Positions 37,687 through 38,491 of a DNA stretch of 38,491 nt are shown piece after piece. The stretch's first letter is position 1. Every line of letters begins with the position of its first letter. The stretch is taken from assembly GCA_021163445.1 (NCBI GenBank), contig JAGGWR010000032.1, positions 1 to 38,491 of the forward strand, read 5' to 3'. Source of the DNA: Candidatus Tharpella aukensis (GTDB lineage Bacteria; Desulfobacterota; Anaeroferrophillalia; Anaeroferrophillales; Tharpellaceae). A program made the position numbers and the translations under genes. The notes under the pieces were generated by a model. That model saw only the letters and a program-made list of their open reading frames with translations. It was not told where the DNA came from and did not search any database.

Positions 37687-38491
37687 ATGAGTTACGAATT
37701 TCTAAAAATCAGTGTTAACAAAGGGGTTGCTAATATCAGCCTGAACCGGCCCCCGGCCAACTCTTTAAATGTCGCAATGGTGGCAGAGCTTGACCAGGCT
37801 TTTGATGAAGTTGCCGCTAACGACGATGCCAGAGTTCTGGTTATCACCAGTGAAATCCCTGGCTTTTTTGTCGCCGGTGCCGACATCAAAATGTTTAACG
37901 AGATGACCGCCTACGATGCCTGGGAAATCTCCGGCGAACTCCAACGCGTCAACCAAAAACTGGAAGATATGCCGAAACTTACAATCGCCGCACTCGGCGG
38001 CTATGCTTTAGGCGGCGGACTGGAACTGGCACTGGCCTGTGATTTCCGCTTCATGGCTGAAAGTGTAACAATTAAAGATAAAGTGAAAACCCCGACTCTC
38101 GGTCTGCCGGAAACAACTCTGGGAATCTTGCCTGGTGCTGGCGGCACCCAGCGCCTGGCTCGTCTCATCGGAGCCAAACAGGCTCTCTACTTCATCGCCA
38201 CGGCAAAAAATCTCACCCCGCAGGAAGCCTTGAAACTGGGTATTGTTCAAGAGCTGATGCCGGGCAGTGAACTCAACGAAAAAACCATCGCTTTTGCTGA
38301 AAAAATGGCAACCAAGGCAACAATCGGCATCGCTATGGCTAAAAAAGCGATCTATCAAGGATACAATCAGGATACCGCGACGGCCATGCAGATCGAACAG
38401 GATGCTTTCATGAAAGCCTTTGCCAGCGAAGATGCGAGCGAAGGTTTGAAGGCTTTTGTCGAAAAAAGACCGGCAGTATTTCAAGGCAAGT
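37687..38491 (+). CDS. Enoyl-CoA hydratase/isomerase (crotonase) family protein, 3'-truncated by the window edge
   Basis: This gene is absent from the ORF track because no stop codon lies in the window. My own translation from ATG 37687 gives MSYEFLKISVNKGVANISLNRPPANSLN...ALGGGLELALACDFRF...GLPETTLGILPGAGGTQRL...EGLKAFVEKRPAVFQGK, which carries the canonical crotonase motifs. The minus-strand ORFs at 37692-37956 and 38008-38484 are antisense shadows. Confidence 0.9.
   Translation, partial: MSYEFLKISVNKGVANISLNRPPANSLNVAMVAELDQAFDEVAANDDARVLVITSEIPGFFVAGADIKMFNEMTAYDAWEISGELQRVNQKLEDMPKLTIAALGGYALGGGLELALACDFRFMAESVTIKDKVKTPTLGLPETTLGILPGAGGTQRLARLIGAKQALYFIATAKNLTPQEALKLGIVQELMPGSELNEKTIAFAEKMATKATIGIAMAKKAIYQGYNQDTATAMQIEQDAFMKAFASEDASEGLKAFVEKRPAVFQGK

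Noticed and set aside
38008-38484. A 158-aa minus-strand ORF, plus the minus-strand ORFs at 37692-37889 and 37765-37956
   Set aside because: These are antisense shadows of the clearly recognisable + strand enoyl-CoA hydratase gene. Their translations are low-complexity and carry no motifs.
1-38491. CRISPR arrays, prophage, integrative elements, toxin-antitoxin or known defence systems
   Set aside because: There are no regularly spaced short direct repeats. There are no integrase, transposase, recombinase, phage structural or nuclease/ATPase defence-type ORFs. All sizeable ORFs are accounted for by housekeeping or signalling functions.

Overview
This is a chromosomal, mostly housekeeping segment that resembles a Desulfuromonadales/Geobacter-type (Desulfobacterota) genome: about 50% GC, with a multiheme cytochrome, Rex, FapA and several GGDEF proteins. 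I can support 34 protein-coding genes. On the minus strand there is a long block: comF-like, gpmI, lapA/B-like, rlmH, rsfS, nadD, proA, DUF4395, proB. This is followed by rex, uvrA, a cytochrome gene, an acyl-CoA ligase, argJ-secA, an M23 peptidase, fapA-like, nadK-recN-GNAT, a GGDEF/histidine-kinase/GGDEF signalling cluster, pcnB-mqnA-like, gmhA, a deoxyhypusine-synthase-like protein, proC-nadA, flavodoxin, rubrerythrin, a PaaI thioesterase, an amidohydrolase, and a 3'-open enoyl-CoA hydratase gene that the ORF track misses. I found no rRNA, tRNA, CRISPR array, transposase, integrase, or recognisable phage or defence gene. Two things stand out. (1) The tetraheme c-type cytochrome gene appears to be a selenoprotein gene truncated by the ORF track. 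An in-frame TGA at 12012-12014 is followed by an fdhF-like SECIS hairpin with apical loop GGUCUA. Reading through it joins a Sec-type signal peptide and a degenerate 5'-nucleotidase-like domain, with the recoded residue in a C-G-U motif, to the heme domain. (2) Almost every larger intergenic gap holds a long palindromic MITE/REP-like repeat. Several copies share a roughly 25-nt apical core, show compensatory changes between copies, and supply the stop or start codons of the flanking genes. The remaining observations are lower-interest: a Rex/CRP-type palindrome, DUF4395 inserted in proBA, a LapA-LapB fusion, and a REC-less c-di-GMP cluster. No similarity searches could be run, so every functional call rests on motifs read from the translations.
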